Assembly: GCA_964016885.1 (NCBI GenBank)
Contig: OZ024743.1
Coordinates: 324,260,001 to 324,324,000 of the forward strand
Direction of reading: 5' to 3'
DNA length: 64,000 nucleotides
Source: Eledone cirrhosa
Lineage: Eukaryota
Shown here one piece after another: positions 52,408 through 64,000 of this stretch; the first letter of the stretch is position 1; every line of letters begins with the position of its first letter. The notes beneath the pieces were generated by a model, which was given only the letters and a program-made list of their open reading frames with translations, searched no databases and was not told the origin of the DNA. Both the position numbers and the translations under genes were made by a program.

Positions 52408-52697
52408 GTGGAGGCACGTGGCCTAGTGGTAAGGGTGTTGGACTTACGATCATAATGTCGTGGGTTCGATTCTTGGGTTGCGTGTTGTGTTCCTGACCAA
52501 AACACTTCATTTCACGTTGCTCCAGTATACTCAGCTGAGAATGAGTACCAGCAATAGATTTAACCCTGCGATTGACTGGCGTCCTGTCCAAGGGAGGGGG
52601 GGGGGCAGTCTTGTACTCTCAGTCGCTTCACGCCATGAAACCGGGATAAGCACCGGCCAAATGAGCCTTCTGGCTTAAGACATACTTAGACTTTAGA
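52408..52697 (+). mobile_element. Second CORE-type tRNA SINE family with a different 3' half
   Basis: A-box TGGCCTAGTGG, B-box GGTTCGATTC, CORE block, then CCTGCGATTGACTGGCGTCCTGTCC...GAAACCGGGATAAGC...ACTTAGACTTT. Confidence 0.85.
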
Positions 52698-53279
52698 TAC
52701 ACACACACATATATGAAGCGAAGTTTTTGGCTGTTGTTGAAGAGGATGATAAACACGACGAATACCAATAATTCTGGTTAGATATATAACTTTACTTCAC
52801 TTCAGCAAAACGGGAAAAGAATATGATTACTTCGAATCATAAATATAAAGTTTGGTTGTAGTATTCACAAATGAATATAGTGTTCAAAAAGGCTTCTGCG
52901 ATGTTCCCTTAAAAACTGAAAAGTTGTCGTCTGACAGTACGTACCAGCATAGGTAGTAGTAAACCCACAGTGGCAAGGAAACTGTGTAGACTATATGAAG
53001 AGGCAGGTAACTGAGTGTGGTTGAAGTGCCAATGAAAGAATTGCTGTCGGGCCCTTGTCAAGAGTGCTGGAGTATTATTGCGAAATGCTACATCTCTCTA
53101 CTTGAGCAACTTGAAGTGATCCTTCTCTTCCGGGGAACCAGAGTCAAATGACCCAAATAAAAAAACTTATCTCAAGTTGGCCAGCCTTTCCAGACCACTG
53201 ACGCCAACCCGAGATAAAGAGAAATAGCACTCAGATGTCATTCGGTGGTCAGTATGTGAGAAGAGATTTCACTACATAT

Positions 53280-53452
53280 CAGACCTGCTAACTCTCCCCG
53301 TTCGATTTTGGGGTGGGTGAACGATGTCTTCTCTTGTGAAAATGGGCATAGCTTTCATTATGTAAAATCTCTCCATTTTGCCCCATTTCTCCATATTTTG
53401 GGGCACTTTTTTTCATGGTACTCTCCATTTGGGTTTTTAGAGGTTGGTAGGT

Positions 53453-53454
<2 letters not shown>
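53280..53454. mobile_element. hAT-like MITE copy
   Basis: CAGACCTGCTAAC ... GTTGGTAGGTCT. Confidence 0.8.
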
Positions 53455-53502
<48 letters not shown>

Positions 53503-53525
53503 GAATTGGTGCTCTCAAATAGCGA

Positions 53526-53835
53526 TATATATATGAATGTATATATAGTGTATTTTGCAATACACTGTGTGCTTAATTATAAGCTTTTCGAAGACCTTAC
53601 GCTATTGTTTTAGAGTAGTAACAGTCTCACTTACTTTAAATTTTCAGCAAACAAGGGAGTACTTAGCTTTGATAACTACCAAAAAGTACGAAACAGAGCT
53701 CTGTCAGCTTTATCTCCCCTGTTTGCTGAAAATTTAAAGTAAGTGAGACTGTCACTACTCTAAAACAATAGCGTAAGGTCTTCGAAATGCTTTTAATTAA
53801 GCATACAGTGTATTGCAAAATACACTATATATACA

Positions 53836-53845
<10 letters not shown>
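53526..53845. repeat. Long inverted repeat (~130-bp arms) between (TA)n tracts
   Basis: 53526-53659 is the reverse complement of ~53713-53845; same family as 385-580. Confidence 0.85.
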
Positions 53846-53900
<55 letters not shown>

Positions 53901-54339
53901 GATAGAAAGGAGGGGTTGTGTCAAGCTGCAACTTTCCCATCCTCACATATCTATGCAGATTACACAGCTAAGCTCAAACTACATTTTGTCTTGATAAAGG
54001 CACTCAAAGCCGAAATATTGATATATAAGATTGAAGTGTGACCCGTTGTTGCTTTTCTTTTCACTCTTTTATTTCCAACTCTCGGTATAGAGGTTTTTTT
54101 ATAATACACACAGGCGGAAATGCATGTAAGTATGATGTAGCCCCCAGGCCGTCTAAGAAATCAGTAGCTTCTATTAAGCACTGATTTGGTCATTTGTGAT
54201 GAGCCCTCCGGCCCTTAGTAACAAGGAAATCACACATTAAATGATGATGTTCAGGATGATGATCAAAGTTTTTTAATTTTTCACTTTAGAGACACATTTT
54301 TCAAACTAAAATTTTTCATGAATACTTTAAGTTTTGGGA

Positions 54340-54570
54340 ACCATAATCGTTTCTAATTTAAACACAAGGCCAACAATATTTGCGGTGGGAGGAGTCGATT
54401 AAATCTTCCCCAGTGAAGTATTGGTACTTAATTTTATCGATCCCGTAAGGATGAAAGGCAACGCTGACTTCGGGGTGGGATTTGAATTCAGAACGTTAGA
54501 ATGTCGTAACTAAACATCACTAAGTATTTTGGGCGGCACTCTACCGATTCTGCTAATTCAACACCCTTAA
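54340..54570 (-). mobile_element. Diverged Meta-domain-type SINE
   Basis: GGTACTTAATTTTATCGATCCCGTAAGGATGAAAGGC. Confidence 0.75.
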
Positions 54571-54653
54571 AAGTCTTATGCTCTACCGACAGAGCTATGC
54601 GGGCTCGACAGTTTTGTGAACAATAATAAACATTATAATGTAAATTATATATG

Positions 54654-55915
54654 CAGTTGTCCCCTGGTATTCGCGGTGGTAACCTTCCTAGAGCACCCGC
54701 AAAGAGTGAAAAACCGGGAATGTTGGGCGTAGTACATAAAAATGCCTATAATCGTCAAAATATAACGTAAAGTATAATAACAAAAAGGAGCATCTTATGA
54801 GAAAGGGCGTCCAATAGGCCGGCCGGCAAATACGGTATATTGTTATTAATAATTTAGCGTTAAAAATATATATATTACCACGAAAGAAACCATTAAAAAA
54901 TCGCGGAAGATATTTAAAAAGGAGCATCTTATGAGAAAGGGCGTCCAATAGGCCGGCCGGCAAATACGGCATATTGTTATTAATAATTTAGCGTTAAAAA
55001 TATATATATTACCACGAAAAAAGCCATTAAAAAATCGCGGAAGATATTTAAAAAGGAGCATCTTATGAGAAAGGGCGTCCAATAGGCCGGCCGGCAAATA
55101 CGGCATATTGTTATTAATAATTTAGCGTTAAAAAAATATATATTACCACGAAAAAAGCCATTAAAAAATCGCGGAAGATATTTAAAAAGGAGCATCTTAT
55201 GAGAAAGGGCGTCCAATAGGCCGGCCGGCAAATACGGCATATTGTTATTAATAATTTAGCGTTAAAAAAATATATATTACCACGAAAAAAGCCATTAAAA
55301 AATCGCGGAAGATATTTAAAAAGGAGCATCTTATGAGAAAGGGCGTCCAATAGGCCGGCCGGCAAATACGGCATATTGTTATTAATAATTTAGCGTTAAA
55401 AATATATATATTACCACGAAAAAAGCCATTAAAAAATCGCGGAAGATATTTAAAAAGGAGCATCTTATGAGAAAGGGCGTCCAATAGGCCGGCCGGCAAA
55501 TACGGCATATTGTTATTAATAATTTAGCGTTAAAAATATATATATTACCACGAAAAAAGCCATTAAAAAATCGCGGAAGATATTTAAAAAGGAGCATCTT
55601 ATGAGAAAGGGCGTCCAATAGGCCGGCCGGCAAATACGGTATATTGTTATTAAAAATTTAGCGTTAAAAATATATATATTACCACGAAAAAAGCCATTAA
55701 AAAATCGCGGAAGATATTTAAAAAGGAGCATCTTATGAGAAAGGGCGTCCAATAGGCCGGCCGGCAAATACGGCATATTGTTATTAATAATTTAGCGTTA
55801 AAAATATATATATTACCACGAAAAAAGCCATTAAAAAATCGCGGAAGATATTTACGATTCCACGAATATGCGGTGGTTTCCACAAAAACTTATTAGATTT
55901 TCGCGAATAACTGAA
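54654..55915 (+). mobile_element. Tigger/pogo-like MITE containing a 134-bp satellite
   Basis: Starts CAGTTGTCCCCTGGTATTCGCG; ends with CGCGAATA-type subterminal motif. Confidence 0.65.
54782..55853. repeat. 134-bp tandem repeat x 8, near-identical
   Basis: AAAAAGGAGCATCTTATGAG recurs every 134 bp; the ORF track shows the same 134-bp offsets. Confidence 0.97.
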
Positions 55916-56364
55916 TATATAAGTTATCAGATTTCAAACTTAATATACATACAAATAGTTGTACAATGAACCAGGTGTGACAGTAAAGTATCCTGACATA
56001 GGCTGGAAATCACTGAGGTGGGGTACCATTTGTGGAAAACTTTGACAGTTAATTATGGTAGATTGATCGGCCATGAAGGGAAAGTGAACCAATATATCAG
56101 AAATCCCATACGAATCAAATGTAAAATGTAAGACGTAAAACAGTAATATGATATTCGTTGTATGACGAAGAACATGTAGAATTAGAGCCAAGAAACTAGC
56201 CAACCACCTGACCACCTACGGCAGTTGAACATGTAAGCCAAAAAGATTCACCAGAAAACAGGATATCCTGATAGTTATAAACACTATCATATACTCTCGT
56301 GCATAATATGAAACGTTTTGAAATATAATTAGAGCAAAAGAAGGACATTATCATATAAACGAGG

Positions 56365-56576
56365 ACGGTGGATTGGTGTATCGATAGACCGTCAGACACC
56401 ATACTGCGTGACATAGAGTTACGGCCCTTTACATTCTGAGTTCAAATGCCGCCCAGGTTAGCTTTGCCTTTTATCCTTACGGGGTAAATAAATAAAGAAT
56501 CAGTAATGCACTGGGTCGATTTAATCGACTTACTTCCAAAAAAGCATTGTTGGCCTTGTGCCTAAAGTAGAAACAA
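56365..56576 (+). mobile_element. Meta-domain-type SINE
   Basis: CGGTGGATTGG head, GAGTTCAAAT, core block, GTAGAAACAAT end. Confidence 0.8.
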
Positions 56577-56582
56577 TCTCTC

Positions 56583-56596
56583 TCTATATAAAATTC

Positions 56597-56645
<49 letters not shown>

Positions 56646-57737
56646 TGCTATGCGTTCTCAAACGGCTCGACCAAATCAAATCAAATTTACAAGGTAATAG
56701 TTTTCGACCCCGGGATGTGAACATATAATTTTTATTTTCATTTGGATTGGAACAATATAACATTTTATCTAAAATAATATTTCTAACTATAATAAACCAC
56801 CACCACCACGACGATGTCACATTGTGTATATAAGTGTGTATGTGCCTGTGAGTGTGTGTATGTGTGTGTTTGCGAGTTCGTTACGTATGTTAGGCCTCAG
56901 AGAATTAAACATACACACACATCTACAAATGCATACACATTATCTTCGCACAAAGAATTAAACACACACACATCTACACATACATATACATATGTGTTGA
57001 CAGACAAGTAATAGGTGTGTGTGATGTATGTCTGTGTGTGTCAGTCATAGTATATGTATGAGTGTATGTGTGAATGTATGTGTGTGTGAGTGTATGTGTG
57101 TGTGAGTGAATATGTGATAATTCTTACTTTAACGTTAGGCCTCAGAATTAAACACACACACATCTACGCACACAGATACAGATGTGTTGACAGACAAGTA
57201 ATAGGTGTGCGTGAATGTATGTCTGTGTGTGTGAGTGTATGTGTGAGTGTATGTGAGAGTGTATGTGCGATAATTTTAATTTTCATTTGGATTAAAACAA
57301 TAGAAAACAACACAACGACGTCACGCTTTGTATATGAATATGTATGTGTCTGTGAGTGTGTGTGTGTGCACGTTCATTAGGTACGTTATTAGATACACAC
57401 ACACATCTACACATACATATACATATGTGGCGACTGACAAAAAAATGAGGTGAAAAAGCTATGCGTATGCCTGTGTATGCCTGTCTTAGTATATGTATGT
57501 GAGAGTGTATATGTGCGAGTGTGTAGCAACAATTTATTCATTTGAACACCAACAAAAAATGACAAAAATGATTTTCATTTCTAAATTCTATTATCATAAC
57601 AATTTTGATATTTTTTTTATAAAATATAGATATTTTAAAATAATTATGAGAAGAAAAAAAACATATCTTCATATTTATTGTTTACTAATCTGAATAAGAA
57701 CAGCAGTAACCCGGGAAACGCCGAGTAATTCAGCTAG
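56583..57737 (+). mobile_element. Non-autonomous Helitron-like element
   Basis: 5' TCTATATAAAA plus (GTCT)n; 3' CCCGGGAAACGCCGAGTAATTCAG-CTAG-T. Confidence 0.7.
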
Positions 57738-58081
57738 TTATTTTATAAGCGAGTACACGTTTTCAAAAATATGTTTCTGAGCTTAAAAATACTCAATTTA
57801 AATACCAAGATTGCAAATACATGTTGATAACAATAGGTTAGAAATGGTATTTAATATATTGGCAATATTTGTTATTTGGGAATCAGTGTAATGGAACATC
57901 GTTTGTCTCAAAGACAGGAAATTCATAAGATAAATTAATAAAGTGACTACATAAGATCTGTTTTTTTTACATCCTTTAACGTCATAAAAAACTGAATATT
58001 GTGAAATATGTCTGTGAGATCGAGATTTTGACGGATAACATGGTACAAGTTTATTAAAAAATTACATAGACATGGCTATAC

Positions 58082-58270
58082 CAGACATGTTAACTCTCCC
58101 CGTTCGAGATCTCCCACTCACTTTGGGGTGGGTGAGAGATATCTTCTCTTGTGGAAATGGGTGTAGCTTTCATTATGTAAAATCTTCCCATTTTGCCTTA
58201 TTTCTCCCCGTTTTAGGGCACCTTTTTTCATGGTACTCCCCGTTTGGGTTTTTAGAAGTAGGTAGGTCAG
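58082..58270. mobile_element. hAT-like MITE copy
   Basis: Interior matches 44301-44494. Confidence 0.75.
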
Positions 58271-58549
58271 CTATATTCCAGTTTTTTTCTTCTTTTCTTT
58301 TGATACAAGGATGTAATTTGTTCCCCTTTTGTATCTTCTGAAATGGATGTAGTGTAGTAATCAAGTCATATTACACACAAAGGAATATCATAAGTTTTTT
58401 CCTCAATGAAGAATGTAGTACTAAAAGTAGACTAATTTTGTTATGCTGTCAAAGCTTGATGGCCCTCTGTCGATTTCAACAATTAATGTTCCAATTAAAG
58501 GAACAGCCTACACACGAACGTGTAAGTTGCTGAGCAATCCACAAACGCC

Positions 58550-58580
<31 letters not shown>

Positions 58581-59590
58581 CAATGCCCATGTATTCTTGA
58601 GAGTGTTGTAGAGGCAGTGTCCTCAGACACACCTTTCAGAAGCAACCATCTCCAAATTATCCAGTTGGAACCGCATGTGAGACCAACTAAACTTATGGAT
58701 GCTATCAAACTATCTTGCTTATGGTCAACCTCTGCGTCTCCCACTGTTTGGCTACCTGTAAAATCTGTCCAGTGATTTTTTCCTTAGACATTCAAACCAC
58801 ATGTTCATTGTACCAAAACTGTAATCTCTTCATGCTGAAAATCAGTGTCTTTACTTGGAGCGACTCCCTGATCTCTCAGCAATACACCCTATCGAGTAAC
58901 ATTACTCCAGAGGCCCTTCAGAGGGACCTCATTTTGGCTGCTTTTTTACATGATCATATTCCTGTAGTTACTACTCAAGATCTATGAAACTAGGTAAGGG
59001 TAAGCATGAACACCAATTTAAATATAATAGGTTTGGCTTTTCCACATATCTCCATTCTTCTGATGACCAAGTGCTGAAGCTGATGCATTAATGCACAAAC
59101 TCTAGCAATTCTTACATTTAATTCAGATACCTGTTTTCCATGACTCGTGAAAACAGCTCCAAGATACTTGAACTTCTCCAGCTGCTTCAGTGTAACTCCA
59201 CTCACATGTAAAGCTTACTGTGGAGGTTTTCTCAAGAATACAAATGTCTCAGTTCAGTCTTTGCAGCACGTGCCATCAAACCAATCAAGACTATGTTGGA
59301 GATCACCTTCCAAAGAGTTAACTAATACCATGGCATCTGTAAATATCAGCTGACTGATTCTACACCAGTTGGTCTTGAAACCACTTCCAGCCCAGCTGCA
59401 TATGTCAATCCTGTTCAAGAAGATTATGAACAGGAGAGGTGACAGTATGCACCTTTAGTGGAGTCTGATACCCACATTAAATGGTTTTGACTTTATCTAA
59501 ACACAAATATTATGGCATTTGTATTGGGACTTCAATGAAACAAGAAGCTGTCCATCGATCTCATACTCCTGTAGAACTTTCACAAGTCCC
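58550..59590 (-). mobile_element. Degenerate RTE RT fragment (same family as 40560-41780) with (GAA)n tail
   Basis: GVTLKQLEKFKYLG motif; 59400-59580 homologous to 41030-41215. Confidence 0.8.
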
Positions 59591-59958
59591 ACAGTATATT
59601 TGATAAATAGATAATTAAGGCAAGAACAACTTTTGGTAATAGATCTAGGTCTGCTGAATCAACAATGAAAGACAGGATAGTCATGGCTGGAACACTGTTT
59701 GGTCATATGTTGAGGTCTATTGCACCTACAATGTGGGGTAGATGTATGGTTTATATGGACTAGTGTTAAACAACACATCATCATCATCACAACACCATTA
59801 TGTTTGATAAACAAAGGACAGGATGGTCATGGCCGGAACATCTATTGATCATTGGTCTACATTTTTTGAAGCAACAAGATGGTAGTCATATGTTTTATGA
59901 GCCATTAACTACACCTTGTGATACCAAGTCAAGCATATTACAACTTTCTTTATCACAG

Positions 59959-60041
59959 ACTACTTAGATGAATCACTGGCACTGCTCCATTGCTGTTTTG
60001 TTGGTGGTGTGAGGGTGACTATGATGAGTAGCCAACCGTGA
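59959..60041 (+). CDS. Candidate terminal exon (YLDESLALLHCCFVGGVRVTMMSSQP*), function unknown
   Basis: Acceptor ctttctttatcacAG, open frame, AATAAA at ~60190. Confidence 0.2.
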
Positions 60042-60529
60042 AATCACACCTCCAATATTTCAGTGAAAGAAAATCATTCAACCCAGACTTAAAAGTATAT
60101 ATAAACATAAAAAACATCAACAAAAAATAATGCAATTTGTGTATGTGAATATTGTCAATCATTATTCATTTAAATATATCATTTGAAAAAATAAATAAAA
60201 CTCCCCAAATATAATCACGTGTGCATGTGTGTGTGTAGGATGATGATGATGATATATATATACACATGTACACATATATGTGAGAATCTGTCCAGCTCAT
60301 ATCATCATGGAACAGAGATGTAAAATATATTTCTGTGTGTTGTCATCATCATCATCATACATCTGCTTTCCATATGTTCACACACACATACACACATGCA
60401 TGCACACACACACATACACACACACACACATATATATGTATATATATATATCTAAAAAGGTCTAAGTCAGTCACATGCATACAAGACTTCTTTCTGGATA
60501 GGACACCAGTTCATCACAGGGTTAAACTC

Positions 60530-62208
60530 CTAGCTATTGTGGGGGAAAGTATTAAAACTACCCTAAAGGGCCATGTGTTTAAGTTCAATAATAAAACATA
60601 CTCCCAAGAAGAGGCAAGGTGGGGGTTTGGGACCATTGGCATACATTGCTGGCGATGTGGCTAATTTGTTCATGGTGTATTGGGACCGAAAACTCAAGGA
60701 GCACTTAGTTGAGAATTCCATTGCCATAGCCATGTACTCTTGCTATGTTGACAATATAATGGTTAAAACTACCCCATGAGAGAGTACCCACAAATCGAAA
60801 CTAGAAGCTAACACCATGGTGAATAATCCAGCAACAAAGCATTAAAGTAACAATAGACCACCCTACAAAGCACCCCAACCGTAGATTACCTTTATTATAC
60901 ACAGAATACTAGATAGGAACTAAGAACAATAAAGTCAAAATCCTCCATTCACTTTATATCAAAACCATGGCCTCCAAGTACATGATCCATCAGAGGTCAG
61001 CTATCTCAGATAGTCTTAAGTTGAATATCATGATTGCAGACATGGTAAGGGTGATGAGAAATGTTTCCCGCATGTAGCGATTCCACGGATTTAAAGGGAC
61101 ACATACAGCCCTTCATTGACCACATGCAGTTCTCTGGTTATAACCAAAGAGACGGGATCAGGGTGTGTACAAAGGAGCTATGGCTAAATTCTAAACCATT
61201 ATGGAGAATGATATGAATGGGATTTGCCCACTATACAGGAGCAAATCATGAAATAGCTTAGAAAGGACTAAGGAGAAGGGAGGGAAGGCCAACTCATGGT
61301 ATGACAGCCAAAAATACCAGTCATGTTCATTGATGTTACCCCTAGAGGCGAACTATCATATTGTTTTAGAAGAGATTTAGACAAAACAAAACTAAGGAAA
61401 AGCCAGGAGCTACCATAAAATCCAGGATCTGTAGGACAAATTCCTTTAGGAAAACTCCCTGTTCTAATAGAAACAGTATAATCTGTAAGGTAAGCCCACA
61501 GATAAACTGAAAAACTAGAAATGTAGTCTCTAGGATAAGATGTACAAAGGAATGATGCAGAAACAAGAAAACAACATAGGAGAGAGATTAAAGGAATACT
61601 GGTAAGAAGTTACTGAAGAGTAATTCTCATCAATGCTATACCAATATGCCAAACTGGAAACAGGGACCCAATAGATAACATAGAAATAAAGATCCTATCC
61701 CCACATAGAACTGATGCAATACTCAAACAAGTTATGGAAGTGACAAACATATTAGCGTAGACATAGTCTGAACAGAAAATATGAGTAAAATAGTAACAGC
61801 CAGCAACTTAACAACTGAAGACAGAACAGGAAAAAAAGAACAAAACAAAAAAAAAACAAAAAAAACAGAAAGATTCAAACACACACACACACATAAAACA
61901 CACATAGGCATGACAAACACAAAGACATACACAGGTGAAGGTGCAGGCACAAATGTAGGTGCAGACACGACTAACAACAAAATGCATCACAAAACAAGAG
62001 ACAAGATAGAGTAGAAGTTTAAGATCAGAAAGAGGAGGGAGCACAAAAAAACAACAGATAGTCATTGAGGAGGTCACAGAATGTGTGAGGAAAGAACTTG
62101 ATGACAAACAAATGAATAATGAGCAGTAAAGATAAAGATAAAGTGAAAGTCATATGATGCATGTGTTTCTTTTTATTGGCAATTGGCAACATGACCATCC
62201 TCAAGTAT

Positions 62209-62215
<7 letters not shown>
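60530..62215 (+). mobile_element. Decayed Penelope-like retroelement (RT, GIY-YIG endonuclease, 3' terminal repeat)
   Basis: HVFKFNNKTYSQ..IAGDVANLFMVYWD..YVDNI; HQRSAISDSLKLNI..RVMRNVS; MQFSGY; PLYRS; FIDVTPRGEL; CxxxxxxxC..NVV.RIRC; GERLKE; many stops. Confidence 0.8.
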
Positions 62216-62268
<53 letters not shown>

Positions 62269-62512
62269 TCTTGATAGAGTAGTAGAGGTGCCGTATTGAC
62301 ATACAGCATTTCTTGGGCATTTTAAGGCTGGCAGAGTCCATCACTCACTCTTTCTCTATATATATATAAATATATATATATACAAACATTGAGGACCAAA
62401 TGAATTAACTGTGGAGATATAAAAGATACAGAAGTGAAAACCAACCAAACAGCGAGTGCGTCCTGTTATTATTTCTGGCAATATTATTACAACAATATGA
62501 CCCTCCCCAAGT

Positions 62513-62897
62513 ATGGCTTAGTGGTTAGAGCATTGGGCTTGCAATCGAAAGGTTGTGAGTTCAATTCTCAGACCGGGTGATGTGTTGTTTCCTTGAGCAA
62601 GACACTTTATTTCAAATTGCTCCAGTTTACTCAGCTGTAGAAATGAGATGATAGGACTGCGGTCCCTATCATTCCACTGCAAAGTGGTCGTGGAGGTGCC
62701 ACGGCAAAAAATCACCCAGCACTCACCGTAAATGAGGTTGGTGTTAGGAAGGGCATCCAGCTGTAGAAATCAAGCCAGAATCAGTTCCTGTATGAGCTAG
62801 ACAAGGTCAGCCGACCGGACACTGCCTACAACAGGACAACCCGTCTAACCCATGCTAGCGTGGAAGAACGGACGTAAAACAGTGATGATGATGATGA
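62513..62897 (+). mobile_element. CORE-type SINE with long RTE-derived tail
   Basis: Head and CORE as in 26218; tail 62715-62897 matches the reverse complement of the RTE 3' UTR at 19966-20150. Confidence 0.9.
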
Positions 62898-62977
62898 TAT
62901 ATCAGATAGGGTGTGGTAATTAACCTGTTAGCCCATAACCCACCAAAGTACTTGATACTTGGGTAGTAGAGTGGGTA

Positions 62978-63083
62978 ATATGAAAAGATTCAGGACCCTG
63001 ACGGCAGAGTTCCAGCCCAAGTTCGGATCTAGGTGTCGAAATGGCTGGAGCTCAGCCGTCAGGGTCCTGAATCTTTTCATATA
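62978..63083. repeat. Inverted repeat (~40-bp arms) containing a hammerhead-like 3' half
   Basis: ATATGAAAAGATTCAGGACCCTGACGGC / GCCGTCAGGGTCCTGAATCTTTTCATAT; GAAA-tggctg..cagccg-TC. Confidence 0.7.
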
Positions 63084-63267
63084 AATATATATACATATAT
63101 ACTAGTAATAATAATAATGGTTTATTTATTTATTTATTTATCTATTTATTATTTATTTATTATTGAAACAAAGTCATTGGATATGACTGAAAAATCTTCC
63201 ATCGTTTTCCCACTCACTTGATGTTTTAATGAAGTTAATATCCTTAAGTTACCAAATATATTATATA

Positions 63268-63870
63268 CTAGCTGGCCCGTCCGGCTGGCGCCCGGCTAGG
63301 TACACCGGCATTTTATCTTTTCAGGAATCCCCCCTCCACTCCATTGCAAAGATACCGCACGCCCTCTCAAGTCAGCGGGGGTTAACATGCTCTGATTTGG
63401 GGTTTGAATAGTTTTTAGGATTCCCCAGTTCAGCAGCCAGTACGTTAAAGAAAATTGATAGTTACAACAATAAAGGCTGAACAGAGAACAAATTTTTTAA
63501 CAAACTTTACAATAATTTGTACAACCATAATGGAAATTCCAAGTAACAGAAAATACATAAATTACATTGCTAGAGCATCAAAGTATACAATATTTTTTGT
63601 TTGGCCCTCGGGAGCAAAGATGAAGAGATTGTTTGGCGAGCTCACCTTTAGAGCATCCTACATCCAATTGACCATGGGAGAAGCATGGTTTTCCCAGATG
63701 AAGGCCAGCCACTTTTAGGGTTTGACCCTGAGCTTTGTTCATTGTAATCGCGAAGCTTAGTCTCCCTGTTGCTCTAGTAACATTTTTTCTTCTGGAAAAT
63801 CTAATCTTGCGGCCAGGCTGGGACTTTTTGGGTGGCATATCGGCAGTAACAATGACGATAAGCTTTCGTG
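63268..63870 (-). mobile_element. Helitron 3' fragment with Pif1-like helicase C-terminal motifs
   Basis: RLSFAITMNKAQGQTLKVAGLHLGKPCFSHGQL; minus strand ends CCGGGCGCCAGCCGGACGGGCCAG-CTAG-T. Confidence 0.85.
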
Positions 63871-64000
63871 AAATAAATACATTTGTTTATATTTTGCTTT
63901 TGTGTATGCAAAAATATCTGTACACCAATATATAATTATATATATATATATATATTAAAATAACAGATTAAAGTTTAAGCAAAGAATCGCTGCTTTCACT

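Noticed and set aside
54091-54125. RFFYNTHRRKC as a Kunitz-domain fragment
   Set aside because: Only 11 residues; no neighbouring exons with the other Kunitz cysteines were found
54688-55883. Series of near-identical 77-94 aa ORFs, or a CRISPR-like array
   Set aside because: Produced by a 134-bp tandem repeat; there are no unique spacers and no cas genes, and the DNA is eukaryotic

Overview
AT-rich, repeat-saturated eukaryotic DNA. The SINE types, RTE LINEs and (TA)n/(CA)n/(GAT)n density suggest a coleoid cephalopod such as Octopus; this is inference, not proof. Most of the window is mobile-element debris. It holds one near full-length but broken RTE LINE (22.2-25.7 kb) plus several RTE fragments, tRNA-derived CORE-type and Meta-domain-type SINEs, and a decayed Penelope-like element with RT and GIY-YIG domains (60.5-62.2 kb). 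It also holds a CRE-type endonuclease fragment, a mariner fragment, Helitron-like elements, piggyBac/Tigger/hAT-like MITEs, a 5.1-kb GGT-based minisatellite and a 134-bp satellite inside a MITE. The most notable hidden signal is about a dozen minimal type-I hammerhead-ribozyme motifs (stem I-CUGANGA-stem II-GAAA-palindrome-UH-stem I') from several unrelated sequence families. Many sit beside (TA)n tracts or inside long inverted repeats, and one family is linked to the Penelope-like ORF. A few short, phase-compatible exon candidates on the minus strand suggest a host gene with Sfi1-like L-x3-F-x2-W motifs; this is tentative. Most listed ORFs are microsatellite or antisense artefacts. All motifs were read by eye; boundaries are approximate unless stated.
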